In this document: positions 51,050-59,682 of the stretch, piece after piece
Numbering within the stretch: position 1 is the stretch's first letter
Layout: every line of letters begins with the position of its first letter
From: Nitrospirota bacterium
Lineage (GTDB): Bacteria; JACPQY01
Direction of reading: 5' to 3'
Assembly: GCA_016190245.1 (NCBI GenBank)
Contig: JACPQY010000024.1
Location: 121,620-185,619 of the forward strand
DNA: 64,000 nucleotides
Made by a program: the position numbers and the translations under genes
Notes under the pieces: generated by a model
The model's input: only the letters and a program-made list of their open reading frames with translations
Database searches by the model: none
Told to the model about the DNA's origin: nothing

Positions 51050-51083
51050 TACTGTACACTGACCGGCCGTCTTATGTACAGTA
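51050..51083. repeat. 34-bp palindromic site, copy 1
   Basis: TACTGTACACTGACCGGCCGTCTTATGTACAGTA; 32/34 identical to the reverse complement of copy 3. Confidence 0.92.
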
Positions 51084-51115
51084 AAGATCGCCGGCCTGCA
51101 CACCTGCCGGGCCCA

Positions 51116-51766
51116 TCAAGGCGGGAGGAGGATCATCTCCCCCCAGCAGCAATAGGGCATCACGCCCAAGTCCTCCATGCGTTCGAGCGTCGGCCGCAGC
51201 CGGGCGGGAGGGCCGACGTAGTAGCTGCCGTTGAGCTGAATGAAACCGAACCCGAGAAGACACCTCCGCGCCCGTGCCCGATCCTTCCGCAAGCGTTCGG
51301 GGATGTCATACGAGATGAACGCAGCCCGCCGCTTGCCCAGACCGACCGATCGCGCGAGCATCCGTCGGAGCCCGTGGAAGCGGTCCTGGCGGCTCATCTT
51401 CCTGGCGGCCTTCTCGACTTCGGCCAACCGCCTCCCCGTGACCCCTTGCCCTCCGGCGCCGGTGGAATCCGAAGCCCGTTCCCACTCCGGAAGGCTTCGT
51501 GCCCCCTTGGGCGTCAGCGCAATCCGTTTCTGTCTACGCAGTCCCTGCATCCTGACCAGCCCGGCTGCGGCCAGGCGGTAGAGGTAGCGGTACGTATGCG
51601 CGGACCTGCGGCTCGGATTCTGATCCACAAACACGAACTGTTCTCGTAGGCTCAAGACACGCACCAGTTCGTTGACGAGGATGGGCGCGGCCACGTCCTG
51701 GGCGAGGACCCGGAGGATGGCGAGATTCAACCGGCTGCGGACTCGGCGGCGTTCCCCGGGCGTCAT
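51116..51766 (-). CDS. Winged-helix + Cas2/PaaX-like ferredoxin-fold protein
   Basis: LYRL...GLV.........I.LT.KG (PaaX-type wHTH), then FISYDIPE..R..R...RR.L..FGF.QLNGSYYV (Cas2-like YDI...Q.S motif). Confidence 0.75.
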   Translation of the reverse strand: MTPGERRRVRSRLNLAILRVLAQDVAAPILVNELVRVLSLREQFVFVDQNPSRRSAHTYRYLYRLAAAGLVRMQGLRRQKRIALTPKGARSLPEWERASDSTGAGGQGVTGRRLAEVEKAARKMSRQDRFHGLRRMLARSVGLGKRRAAFISYDIPERLRKDRARARRCLLGFGFIQLNGSYYVGPPARLRPTLERMEDLGVMPYCCWGEMILLPP

Positions 51767-51772
51767 GCCGGA

Positions 51773-51806
51773 TACTGTACACTAGACGGCCGTCCAATGT
51801 ACAGCA
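51773..51806. repeat. 34-bp palindromic site, copy 2; overlaps the likely -10 of the Cas2-like gene
   Basis: TACTGTACACTAGACGGCCGTCCAATGTACAGCA; minus-strand TACAGT lies 7 nt before ATG 51766. Confidence 0.92.
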
Positions 51807-51973
51807 AGACCCCCGCCATGGGTGACCCAATCGAGAGGCGGCGTTCCCCACCACCCTGCCGGTCCAGACCGCTGCGAGACCGTGGGCAAATCCCTCCCAG
51901 ACGACATCATCCCGCGCCGGCGGCGGGACGTCGGCTGAGCCTCGCGAGCCGCGCACCTGACTCGTGGTGCGTA

Positions 51974-52007
51974 TACTGTACATAAGACGGCCGTTCACTG
52001 TACAGTA
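51974..52007. repeat. 34-bp palindromic site, copy 3
   Basis: TACTGTACATAAGACGGCCGTTCACTGTACAGTA. Confidence 0.92.
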
Positions 52008-52110
52008 GAAACGGAGGCCGTCGCGGACCGCCGCGCCTCCCGATACGTGGCTGTGCCGTCGCCGACGGGGCGGCGGTGGGTCGCAAGCCCCAAGCCTGAT
52101 CCCCAAGGAC

Positions 52111-52149
52111 CGTTGACGCTGGGCGCACCGCGTGCGCCCAGCGTCAACG
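52111..52149. repeat. Perfect 18-bp inverted repeat with 3-nt loop
   Basis: CGTTGACGCTGGGCGCAC-CGC-GTGCGCCCAGCGTCAACG. Confidence 0.9.
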
Positions 52150-52161
52150 ATGAAGACAACC

Positions 52162-52566
52162 ATGCCCACTGACGGCTTCGCTGAGGCCGTCCGCTATTAC
52201 AGAAACGCCCGTGAGTTGCTCGGTCGGTGCAAGGTGGAGGACAACCGCTACGAATACATGAAACCGGTCAGGGAGTCCTTCGGCACGGCTTGGCTCGCCT
52301 TCGATCACGCCGCCAAGGTCGCACTGATCCAGAGTGGAGTTGATCCGAAGAAGATGCCCAGAACGTGGGATGCGCTCCTGGCGGAGGTCAGGAAGCGCCT
52401 CGACGCGCACAACGGCAAGCTCGTCCGGCTCCTGAGCGACGCCTACCAAGTCGTCCACATCGCAGGCTACTACCACGGGGAATTCCGCTTCGCCCCCTTG
52501 GCCAAGGACGGTCTGCAGGTGGTCCGTCAAGGCATCGGAAAACTCTCCGGCCGACGGATCGGTTGA
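52162..52566 (+). CDS. DUF5618-like (HEPN-fold) protein
   Basis: EA.RY..NA.E.L....VED.RY...K.V....GTAWL ... Y...H..GYY.G pattern. Start could be 52150. Confidence 0.7.
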   Translation: MPTDGFAEAVRYYRNARELLGRCKVEDNRYEYMKPVRESFGTAWLAFDHAAKVALIQSGVDPKKMPRTWDALLAEVRKRLDAHNGKLVRLLSDAYQVVHIAGYYHGEFRFAPLAKDGLQVVRQGIGKLSGRRIG

Positions 52567-52580
52567 AAGTCGCAGGTCTG

Positions 52581-52880
52581 TCAGCGCGCCATCTCGGGAT
52601 CGAACTCCTCGGCTCGCGAGAGCAGACTTTCGACCTCCTCCGCAAGATCAACCAGCCAAGACCACCGAGCCGCGATGATATCCTGGGCATGGGCGAGTTC
52701 GTTGCGAAGATCCTCCAGTTCCTCCAAGAGCACTTCTCAATCGCTCTTCGACGGAAGGCCAAGCGCCGACACAAGCTGCGGGGTCTCCAGTACTATCGTC
52801 CTCTTGTCCGCAAACTGCAGGCAATCGGCCAAGTAAGCCGCTTCGTTTCTTCTCTGCCGGTGCTCGAAGATGGCCCGCTT
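52581..52880 (-). pseudogene. C-terminal fragment of a HEPN (RxxxxH) protein with in-frame TGA
   Basis: ...RRNEAAYLADCLQFADKRTI...KSD*EVLLEELEDLRNELAHAQDII...; TGA at 52737-52739; N-terminus missing. Confidence 0.6.
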
Positions 52881-52884
52881 CCAG

Positions 52885-53520
52885 TCCCGTGAACAACAAC
52901 GGCGTCTGACACGGCGCTTCGGGCGCCCCATCCAGCGAACACTGAAACACAACCGCCTCGCTCGCGCAGAGGACGAAGCTCGCGGCGGTCTCTTTCGTAT
53001 TCCACTGTGTCCGTGGCCGGCGTCGTCTGGCCGGGCTCGCACGAAGGCAACCGGCTGAGCGTCGCTTCCCCTTCCACAAACCCGATCCCCGCCACGTGCG
53101 GCGTGAGATCGATCCAGTTGATGACCACCGCCACCACCAGCCCTTGCTTGTTCAGCTCCTCAACGAGCATCGAGGCGAACTTCTCCACCGCGGCCTTCAC
53201 CTGCTCCTCGGAAGGCTTCGTGGCCTTGTCCAACGCCGCCTCCTCCCCCATCGTGACCGCCTCAAGCAACGTGGAGATGCCGTCCCCGTCCACATCCGAC
53301 AGTTCCGCCTCGCCCGCGGCGATGTCTCGCTCCTCCACCTCCATGGCGCCTGGCTGATCGCTGACCGCCGACGGCTGAATGCTCATCTTCAGTGCCGTCC
53401 GCACCCGGAGAAGATCAGCCCCGGTGGCATCCTTGGGCCGTACCCGTACGGCAAGACCGTTCTCCCCCTCCCGGGCCAGTCTCTTGGGAAGCCTTCAGGC
53501 CGCGGAGGTCACGCATCCTG
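52885..53520 (-). pseudogene. Degenerate third paralogue of the N-terminal module of the large GVRx lipoproteins
   Basis: LPKRLAREGENGLAVRVR ~ LPTNLASDGGNRFDFRIR (6711 protein); L.D.DGDG.S.L.E; P...QVK; DLTP; frameshifted FQCSLDG....C..P....GL..G. Confidence 0.7.
53353..53383 (+). repeat. Short heptamer tandem repeat (GCTGAnn)x4
   Basis: GCTGATC GCTGACC GCCGACG GCTGAAT GCT. Confidence 0.55.
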
Positions 53521-53577
53521 AAGGGTCCGGCTACCGCTCAATACTCAAGACAGACCCGACTCGCTGCTTCACCCGCC

Positions 53578-54861
53578 TCAGTACGGCAGGCCGAGGACGT
53601 GGAGGAGGGTGAAGATGGCGAGGTCGCGGGAATAGGCCAGCTCGATCCGCCGGTTCTCGGCGGAGACGAGTTCGGTTTCGGCCTCGACCAGTTCCGTCTG
53701 ACTCGCGCGTCCCTGCTCGAAACGATGCGTTGTCGCTTCAAGGGTTTCCCGCGCGAGTGCGAGCGCCTGCTCGGACCAGCCCAGCGTTTGTTCCAACGTG
53801 CTCAGCCTCGACCGGGCCTCCTCGATCTGGAGGGCCACTTCCTTCTCCAGTGCTTCCACTTGCATCGCGGCCTGCCGGACGTCCGCCAGTCGCGCGCGGC
53901 GCTCCGCCACCCGCCTACCGCTCTCGAAGAACGGCCAGGACACCGTGGAGAGCGCCCGCCACGTCGTCCGATCCGCTCCTGACGTCGGCTCGTCCGTCCA
54001 GATGTACTGCCCCGCCACCGACAGCGAGGGCCAGAACTCGGCGCCCACCAGACGCACGCCCTTCTCGGCCTGGTCAACCGAGGCACGCGAACGAATCAGA
54101 TCCGGCCTGTGCCTGACAACTTCTTCGAGAGGCGTGTCGGGAGCCACCGCCGGTGGTTTCGGGCTCTCGAGCCGGCCCACGGATTCGACCCCCGTGATCC
54201 GTGAAAGTCTCTTCCGTGCCAAGTCAGCCCGCGCCTGTGCCTCAGCAAGCCGCGAGGCCGCCTCGGAAACCGCCACGTCCGCACGGCGGACGTCCGTTTC
54301 CGTCGCGCGGCCGTTCTCGTGGAACCGCCGCGTGGTCTCCGCGTGGGTCTTGGCCCGCCTCTCCGCCTGGCGCGCGATCTCCACAAGGGCGTCCGCTCTC
54401 AGAACCTCATAAAACTGAACGACCGTCTGGTAGCGCATTTCCCACAGCGCTTCGCCCCTTTCCGACTCGGCCCTCCGCACTCCACTCCTGGCCGCGGAAA
54501 CGGAGGCCCACGCTCGAGGCTCGATGATCGGCTGGCGCAGAGAAAGCTCCCCCATTCGCGTCCGCTCGGGCTGGAAGAGAAGGATCGAGGGCGGCTGCTC
54601 CGGATCGGAAGGCGGGAGGTCAATCGTGAGCTCCTGAGAATTCCTGAGGAGTGTCCCCTCCGCGGAGCTCGAAGGCCCGAGAAGGGCACGGGCAGCCGAG
54701 AGCCCCGCGCGCGCCCCCTCCACGGCATGGTCCGCAACCCTCACGGACTCGTGGCGAACCGACGACTCCAAACACTCCCTGAGCGTGAGCACTCCTTCTG
54801 CATTGCCCCCGCCCGCGCCGAGCAAGATTAGGAAGACCAGCGGCTGGTACATCGCCGTCAC
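53578..54861 (-). CDS. TolC-family outer membrane efflux protein
   Basis: LTL.ECL, two OEP repeats, RPDL, F.PSLS, RF..G.....EL..AE. Confidence 0.9.
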   Translation of the reverse strand: MTAMYQPLVFLILLGAGGGNAEGVLTLRECLESSVRHESVRVADHAVEGARAGLSAARALLGPSSSAEGTLLRNSQELTIDLPPSDPEQPPSILLFQPERTRMGELSLRQPIIEPRAWASVSAARSGVRRAESERGEALWEMRYQTVVQFYEVLRADALVEIARQAERRAKTHAETTRRFHENGRATETDVRRADVAVSEAASRLAEAQARADLARKRLSRITGVESVGRLESPKPPAVAPDTPLEEVVRHRPDLIRSRASVDQAEKGVRLVGAEFWPSLSVAGQYIWTDEPTSGADRTTWRALSTVSWPFFESGRRVAERRARLADVRQAAMQVEALEKEVALQIEEARSRLSTLEQTLGWSEQALALARETLEATTHRFEQGRASQTELVEAETELVSAENRRIELAYSRDLAIFTLLHVLGLPY

Positions 54862-55862
54862 CGCCGAGGGACCAGGATCTCCTCGCCCTCGCTGAGCCCC
54901 TCGAGGACCTCCACCTGGCCGTCGCCCCGCTCACCCAACCGCACCGCCCGCCGAACGGGATCCTTGCCGCCGACGCGCACCGAAACGAAGGGATCTTCTC
55001 TTCCCGTGTCCACCGCCGCTGCTGAAACAATAAGAACGCCCTCGCGTTCCAGCGTCACAATCCGCGCTTGCGCGGTCATCCCGGGCTTCAACTCCGTCGG
55101 GGAAAGGATTTCGATCTCGGTCTCGACCACCTTGGCATCGAGCTTCTCTCGCGGGTCGTCGGACAGCGCCTTCTTCCGCCCGGCCGCGGAGGCCACTTGG
55201 CGGACGACTCCCTCGAATGTTTCGCCTCGGAATGCATCACTCGTCACCACAGCCTTTTGCCCATCGCGAACGGTTCCTGCGTCGGTCTCATCCACTTCCG
55301 CCACAATCTTGAGTCGGCCAAGGTCGGCCAGTCGGAAGAGCGGGGCTGACGGCCCAACGCCGGAGATGGCTTCGCCTGTCTCGAAGTAGGTTTTGAGGAT
55401 CTTGCCTGAGAAGGGCGCGCGGACGACGTGATCCGCCAGCGACGACTCGGCGAGCTCGCGTTGCGCCGTCGCCCGCTCAAAGGCCGCCTCCGCCTCGTCC
55501 AGCGCCTCCTGGGGCACATCGCCCCTGCTCCGAAGGGCGCGCGTCCTCTCGAGCGTGAGGCGAGCGAGCTTCTCACCCGCCAAGGCCTCCTTGAGCCGGG
55601 CCATGAAATCGGCCCTTTCCAGCAGCACCACGGGCTCGGCCTCCTCCACGGAGTCGCCTTCAGCCTTGAGGTACGTCTCGATCCGTCCAGGCACTCGCGC
55701 GGAGACGTCCGCCATTCTCCACCCTTCCACGCGACCGGTGGCCACCACGGTTTTTCGGATCGTCCCCCGCTCGACCTTCCGTATCTCCTGGCCATGGTTG
55801 TTGCAGCCTGAGACCGCGAGGATCGACACGAACAGCACAACGAGCACACCGGCCTTCTTCAT
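54858..55862 (-). CDS. Efflux periplasmic adaptor (membrane fusion protein)
   Basis: V.ATG.VE, V.A...G.I......EGD.V, V.APF.G, AEVDE.D, LKPGMTA, GL.EGE.I. Confidence 0.92.
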   Translation of the reverse strand: MKKAGVLVVLFVSILAVSGCNNHGQEIRKVERGTIRKTVVATGRVEGWRMADVSARVPGRIETYLKAEGDSVEEAEPVVLLERADFMARLKEALAGEKLARLTLERTRALRSRGDVPQEALDEAEAAFERATAQRELAESSLADHVVRAPFSGKILKTYFETGEAISGVGPSAPLFRLADLGRLKIVAEVDETDAGTVRDGQKAVVTSDAFRGETFEGVVRQVASAAGRKKALSDDPREKLDAKVVETEIEILSPTELKPGMTAQARIVTLEREGVLIVSAAAVDTGREDPFVSVRVGGKDPVRRAVRLGERGDGQVEVLEGLSEGEEILVPRR

Positions 55863-56575
55863 GATGGACGAACCTCCTCATGGTTTGCGTGTTGCTCCGC
55901 GAGCCGGCCGTCCTCCATGCGGAAGAGCCGGTCCACCAACTCCGAGACGCGGTGGTCGTGCGTCACGATCGCCACGGCGGAGCCGTTTTCGCGCGCGAGG
56001 CTGCGCAGGAGCGCGAGCACCTGCCGGCCGTTCTCGGAATCGAGGCTCCCGGTCGGCTCATCCGCCAAGATGAGCGGCGGTCGGGCCACGATGGCCCTCG
56101 CGAGCGAGACGCGCTGCTTCTGGCCGCCGCTGAGGTCCTTGGGCAGGAAACGCAACCGATCGGAGAGGCCCACTTTCGTCAGCGCCTCCTCGGCGTGCGC
56201 CCGAGCCTCGCGCCCAGCCATACCCCGGATCCGGAGCGCGAGCGCCACATTCTCGAGCGCCGAGAGCGCGGGGAAAAGGTTGAAACTCTGAAACACGAAC
56301 CCGATCTCCTCCCGACGAACCACCGGGAGCTTGCGCTCGGGCAGCCTCGCCGTGTTGCGCCCACGGATCCACATCTCCCCGGAGGTCGGACGCAGGATGC
56401 AGCCCATGATGGACAGCAGCGTGGTCTTCCCGCTCCCCGAGGGCCCCATGATGCCGAGGATCTCGCCGGGACGGACCTCGAGCGAGACCCCGCGCACGGC
56501 CTCCACAGGGACGCGCTCCTCGGTGTAGACCTTGCGGACGTTCTCCAGCTTGAGGACGGGCTCGGGCAGTGTCAT
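55859..56575 (-). CDS. ABC transporter ATP-binding protein (LolD/DevA-like)
   Basis: GPSGSGKTTLL, IGFVFQ.FNL, LSGGQKQRV, ILADEPTG.LD, VTHD. Confidence 0.95.
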   Translation of the reverse strand: MTLPEPVLKLENVRKVYTEERVPVEAVRGVSLEVRPGEILGIMGPSGSGKTTLLSIMGCILRPTSGEMWIRGRNTARLPERKLPVVRREEIGFVFQSFNLFPALSALENVALALRIRGMAGREARAHAEEALTKVGLSDRLRFLPKDLSGGQKQRVSLARAIVARPPLILADEPTGSLDSENGRQVLALLRSLARENGSAVAIVTHDHRVSELVDRLFRMEDGRLAEQHANHEEVRPS

Positions 56576-57699
56576 GTCTTGAACACCATCGCCGGATCCG
56601 TGTTCACGGCCTTGCGCACGGACACAATGGAGGCCAGCCCGCACATGACCAGAACCATTCCGAACACCGCCGCCTGAAGCCACGGCTCCATCACGATATC
56701 TATCCCCGTGCTCGAATACCCCTTCGCCAGAGGGTCCATGGCCAGGCGACCCACGCCGTAGCCGAGCACGGCGCTGATGAAGGCCTGCGTCAGGATGATC
56801 CGGTAGATGAGACCGTTCCCACCCCCGATCGCCTTGAGCGTGCCGTATTCCCGCAGATGCTCCACCGTGGCGGAGTACAGCGTCTGACTCACCACCACCA
56901 TGCCCACCACGAACGCCATGAAGGAACTGAGCGCGAACCCAACGCCCATACCCGTCTCAACGGTCCAGTACCGCCGGGTCCTACGGCTGAACTGCGCTGT
57001 CGTGAAGACATCGACATACGGCAGCCGCTCTGAGAGCAGACTCGCCGTTTCCCGCGCGTTCGCTCCGGGTTCGAGCGTGGCGAGGATGTAGGCCGTGTCC
57101 TCGGGCCGGTAATAGCTGCCCACCTTCTTGGCGGTCTTGTAGGAAGCGAACACGAACGGCGCCGTGGTGATCGAGCGTACGCCCCGTGAGTGCCCCACCA
57201 CGCGCACGGCTTGGCCGTACATCTCGCGCGTCGAGCCGATGGGAAGAGGCCCCAATTTCTTCTGAGACGATTCGTCGAAAATGACGAAATCGCCTCCCAC
57301 CACGTCGCGTATGTTCCCGATGCTCATCTCCCACGGCCCGCCCACGCCCCAGTCCGGGTGGAATCCGATGATGACGACCTGCTCGCGACCGCCGTTCTCG
57401 AGCTTGACGGTGGCGAACGCGAACAGGTAGGGCTCCGCCCGCTCGATCCCCGGCGTGGAGCGCACGACGTTGACGAACCGTTCCGGGATGGCCTCGGCCC
57501 ACTCGAAATTCGGCGTGCCGCGCGAGGTCACCCAGAGGTCCGCGCCGGAGTGATCGATGATCGAGGCGGCGTTGTTCATCGCCCCGAGGAAGATGCCCAC
57601 CTGCGCGAAGATCAGCACCACCGAGAAGGCGATCCCCACGAGCGTTGTGATGAACCGGATCTTGTCGTAGAGGAGATTCTTGTAGGCGACGATCAGCAT
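56572..57699 (-). CDS. ABC transporter permease (MacB/FtsX, DevC-like)
   Basis: KNL..DK.R....L.GIAF.VVL...Q.G, ADLWV, QTLY......L.EYGTLKAIG, DPA.VFK. Confidence 0.92.
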   Translation of the reverse strand: MLIVAYKNLLYDKIRFITTLVGIAFSVVLIFAQVGIFLGAMNNAASIIDHSGADLWVTSRGTPNFEWAEAIPERFVNVVRSTPGIERAEPYLFAFATVKLENGGREQVVIIGFHPDWGVGGPWEMSIGNIRDVVGGDFVIFDESSQKKLGPLPIGSTREMYGQAVRVVGHSRGVRSITTAPFVFASYKTAKKVGSYYRPEDTAYILATLEPGANARETASLLSERLPYVDVFTTAQFSRRTRRYWTVETGMGVGFALSSFMAFVVGMVVVSQTLYSATVEHLREYGTLKAIGGGNGLIYRIILTQAFISAVLGYGVGRLAMDPLAKGYSSTGIDIVMEPWLQAAVFGMVLVMCGLASIVSVRKAVNTDPAMVFKT

Positions 57700-57706
57700 C
57701 GCGGCC

Positions 57707-58435
57707 TCACTTTGGCAGCCACTCGCCCCTCGCCATGGCCTCGCGCACGCGCCGGTCCAGCATGCGGTCCAGCACGTACCGCCGGACGAAGCGGATATCC
57801 CGGGCCATGTCGAGCGTGGCCTTCACCGCGACCTCGGGCGGCAGCCTGCGCACCAGCCGATTGCGCAGGGCCAGTTCCTCGCGCAGGAGCGCGCGCGCAA
57901 CGCGTCGAACGCGCCGAAGATCGGAAGGCTTGAAACCGTAGACCGCATAGCGTCGGAGGATGCGGCCGTACTCCACGTCCTCCGCGTCGTACCGCCCGGG
58001 ACGCGTCGGCATGAGGATGCCCTCGCGCGTCAGGCGTTCCACCTCCGGGCGCGTGAGCCCCGTGAGGTCGCAGAACTTGGCCGTGTCCACCCCGAAGCCG
58101 CCCGCCTGAGCCCCGTCCAGGGACAGGACGCAACCCAACTCGATGAGCGTCTGGACGGGCGCTCCCCCCTCCACGAGGCCGAGGTATTTCTTGATGGCCG
58201 ACAGCTTGAGCCGCTGCTCGCTCTGGAGCCTCTTAATGAGCAGCAGGCGGTCCACCACCCCTTCGGGATAGAGATGGAAATTCGCCTTGAGACGGATCGG
58301 CTCTCCCAGGAGACCTTGCCGGGCGTAGAAGAGGATGGCCGTGCGCGAGATCCCCGTCCGGCGGACGAGCGCCGCCATCTTGAGCCCCCGCGCGGCCCCA
58401 TTCCCCGTTTGTTCAGCATCCAGTCGCTTCTGCAT
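57707..58435 (-). CDS. MerR family transcriptional regulator
   Basis: LKMA.L...TG.SR.AI.FY.R.GLL..P......Y......RL..IK.LQ....L.L..I; second HTH-like segment. Confidence 0.88.
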   Translation of the reverse strand: MQKRLDAEQTGNGAARGLKMAALVRRTGISRTAILFYARQGLLGEPIRLKANFHLYPEGVVDRLLLIKRLQSEQRLKLSAIKKYLGLVEGGAPVQTLIELGCVLSLDGAQAGGFGVDTAKFCDLTGLTRPEVERLTREGILMPTRPGRYDAEDVEYGRILRRYAVYGFKPSDLRRVRRVARALLREELALRNRLVRRLPPEVAVKATLDMARDIRFVRRYVLDRMLDRRVREAMARGEWLPK

Positions 58436-58476
58436 AGTGATGAGTGTTACTTAGCACTATGCACAGGAGTTGTCAA
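58431..58476 (-). promoter_or_regulatory. Operator palindrome and -35 of the MerR/exporter operon
   Basis: TGCATAGTG-15 nt-CACTATGCA (58431-58463) overlapping the start codon; TTGACA on minus strand at 58471-58476. Confidence 0.6.
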
Positions 58477-58710
58477 GGCCGCCGCCCGTGATCCGTAGGC
58501 GACGATGCCGCTCGCATCTGTTGCTTTCCCGTAGCGCCCGGTTTCACGCCGGGCGAGCGCCGTCCGGCATAAAGCCGGACCCTACGGCCACCTTCACCTG
58601 ATGGGTGCCCCCGCGCGCGATGTGAACGGTGCTTGCCTGCGGATTACGAAAGATCCGGGAATCCCCACCCGGCAAATGAAGAAAGCCCGGGAAAGGCGTA
58701 CCCTGCCTCC

Positions 58711-59592
58711 ATGGTCGAGGACCGAAGCAGGCCCCGCCGACGTTCGAACAGCAATCCCGGGCAGAGTCCTTTTCGGAGGGCCATCGGCTTCCTCACGAGG
58801 CGCTACAACATCGACTCGTTGGACAACCGGAATGAGGAATGGACGGGTTGGATCGCCCGTTGGGCGGGTCGCGTCGTCGTTCCCTACCACCGCGGACAGG
58901 TGAGAGGCATCGATGCCGTCCCGGAAGGGCCCTGCCTGTTCGTCGGGAATCACAACGGCGGGGCCGTCAATCAGGACACGCTGATCCTCTTCCACGCTCT
59001 CTGCAACCGGTATGGCATCGGCGCAGTTCCGTATGGCCTTGGCCATGAGGTCGTGCTCAAACTCCCGGTCTTCCATCAGTTGTTCGTTCCGGGGGGCGCC
59101 GTTCGAGCCAGCCACCACAACGCAGAACGGCTCCTCGGGGCTGGCCGAAAGGTGCTTGTGTACCCGGGCGGCGATCTGGACAACTTCCGCCCCTTTCGCC
59201 ACCGACACCGTATCGTCTTCGGCGGACGCCGCGGCTACATCCGCCTGGCCTTGCGAGCGCGAGTGCCCATCCTCCCCGTGGTCGCCACCGGCGCCCACTC
59301 CACCTTCGTCGTGCTCGACGACATGCGCTGGCTTGCCCGCCTCATGCGTACCAATCGGTGGGCGCGAACCAAGGCATGGCCTCTCATCCTCAGCCTGCCG
59401 TGGGGTATCACGCTGGGCCCACTCCCCTTCCATTTTCCTCTGCCCGCCAAGATCACGGTCGAGATCCTCAAGCCCATCCGCTTCCCACGCTATGGCGAGA
59501 AGGCCGCGGGCGACGACTCCTATGTGAAATCGTGTGCCGACGAGGTGGAAGCGGCCATGCAGACCGCCCTGAGCCGCCTCGCGGAAGCCTGA
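58711..59592 (+). CDS. Lysophospholipid/glycerolipid acyltransferase family protein
   Basis: V.G.D.VP.GP.LFVGNH.GG....D (acyltransferase H...D catalytic motif), VLVYPGG, F.GR.GY.RLAL...VPI.PV. Start uncertain. Confidence 0.9.
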   Translation: MVEDRSRPRRRSNSNPGQSPFRRAIGFLTRRYNIDSLDNRNEEWTGWIARWAGRVVVPYHRGQVRGIDAVPEGPCLFVGNHNGGAVNQDTLILFHALCNRYGIGAVPYGLGHEVVLKLPVFHQLFVPGGAVRASHHNAERLLGAGRKVLVYPGGDLDNFRPFRHRHRIVFGGRRGYIRLALRARVPILPVVATGAHSTFVVLDDMRWLARLMRTNRWARTKAWPLILSLPWGITLGPLPFHFPLPAKITVEILKPIRFPRYGEKAAGDDSYVKSCADEVEAAMQTALSRLAEA

Positions 59593-59682
59593 CCCCGCGC
59601 CTCGTTCTGCGACCGCTTTCGCCCGCCGCCCTGCAGGGCTTCCCTTGAATCCCCCCGGGTCGTCTGATAGGAAGAGGGCGCC

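Noticed and set aside
51050..51083. LexA SOS box
   Set aside because: The CTGT...ACAG half-sites are 22 nt apart, not the 8 nt of the gammaproteobacterial box
51050..52007. CRISPR array next to a cas2
   Set aside because: The repeats are CRISPR-sized but are separated by 689 and 167 bp, one is inverted, a gene lies between them, and there is no cas1 or other cas gene in the window
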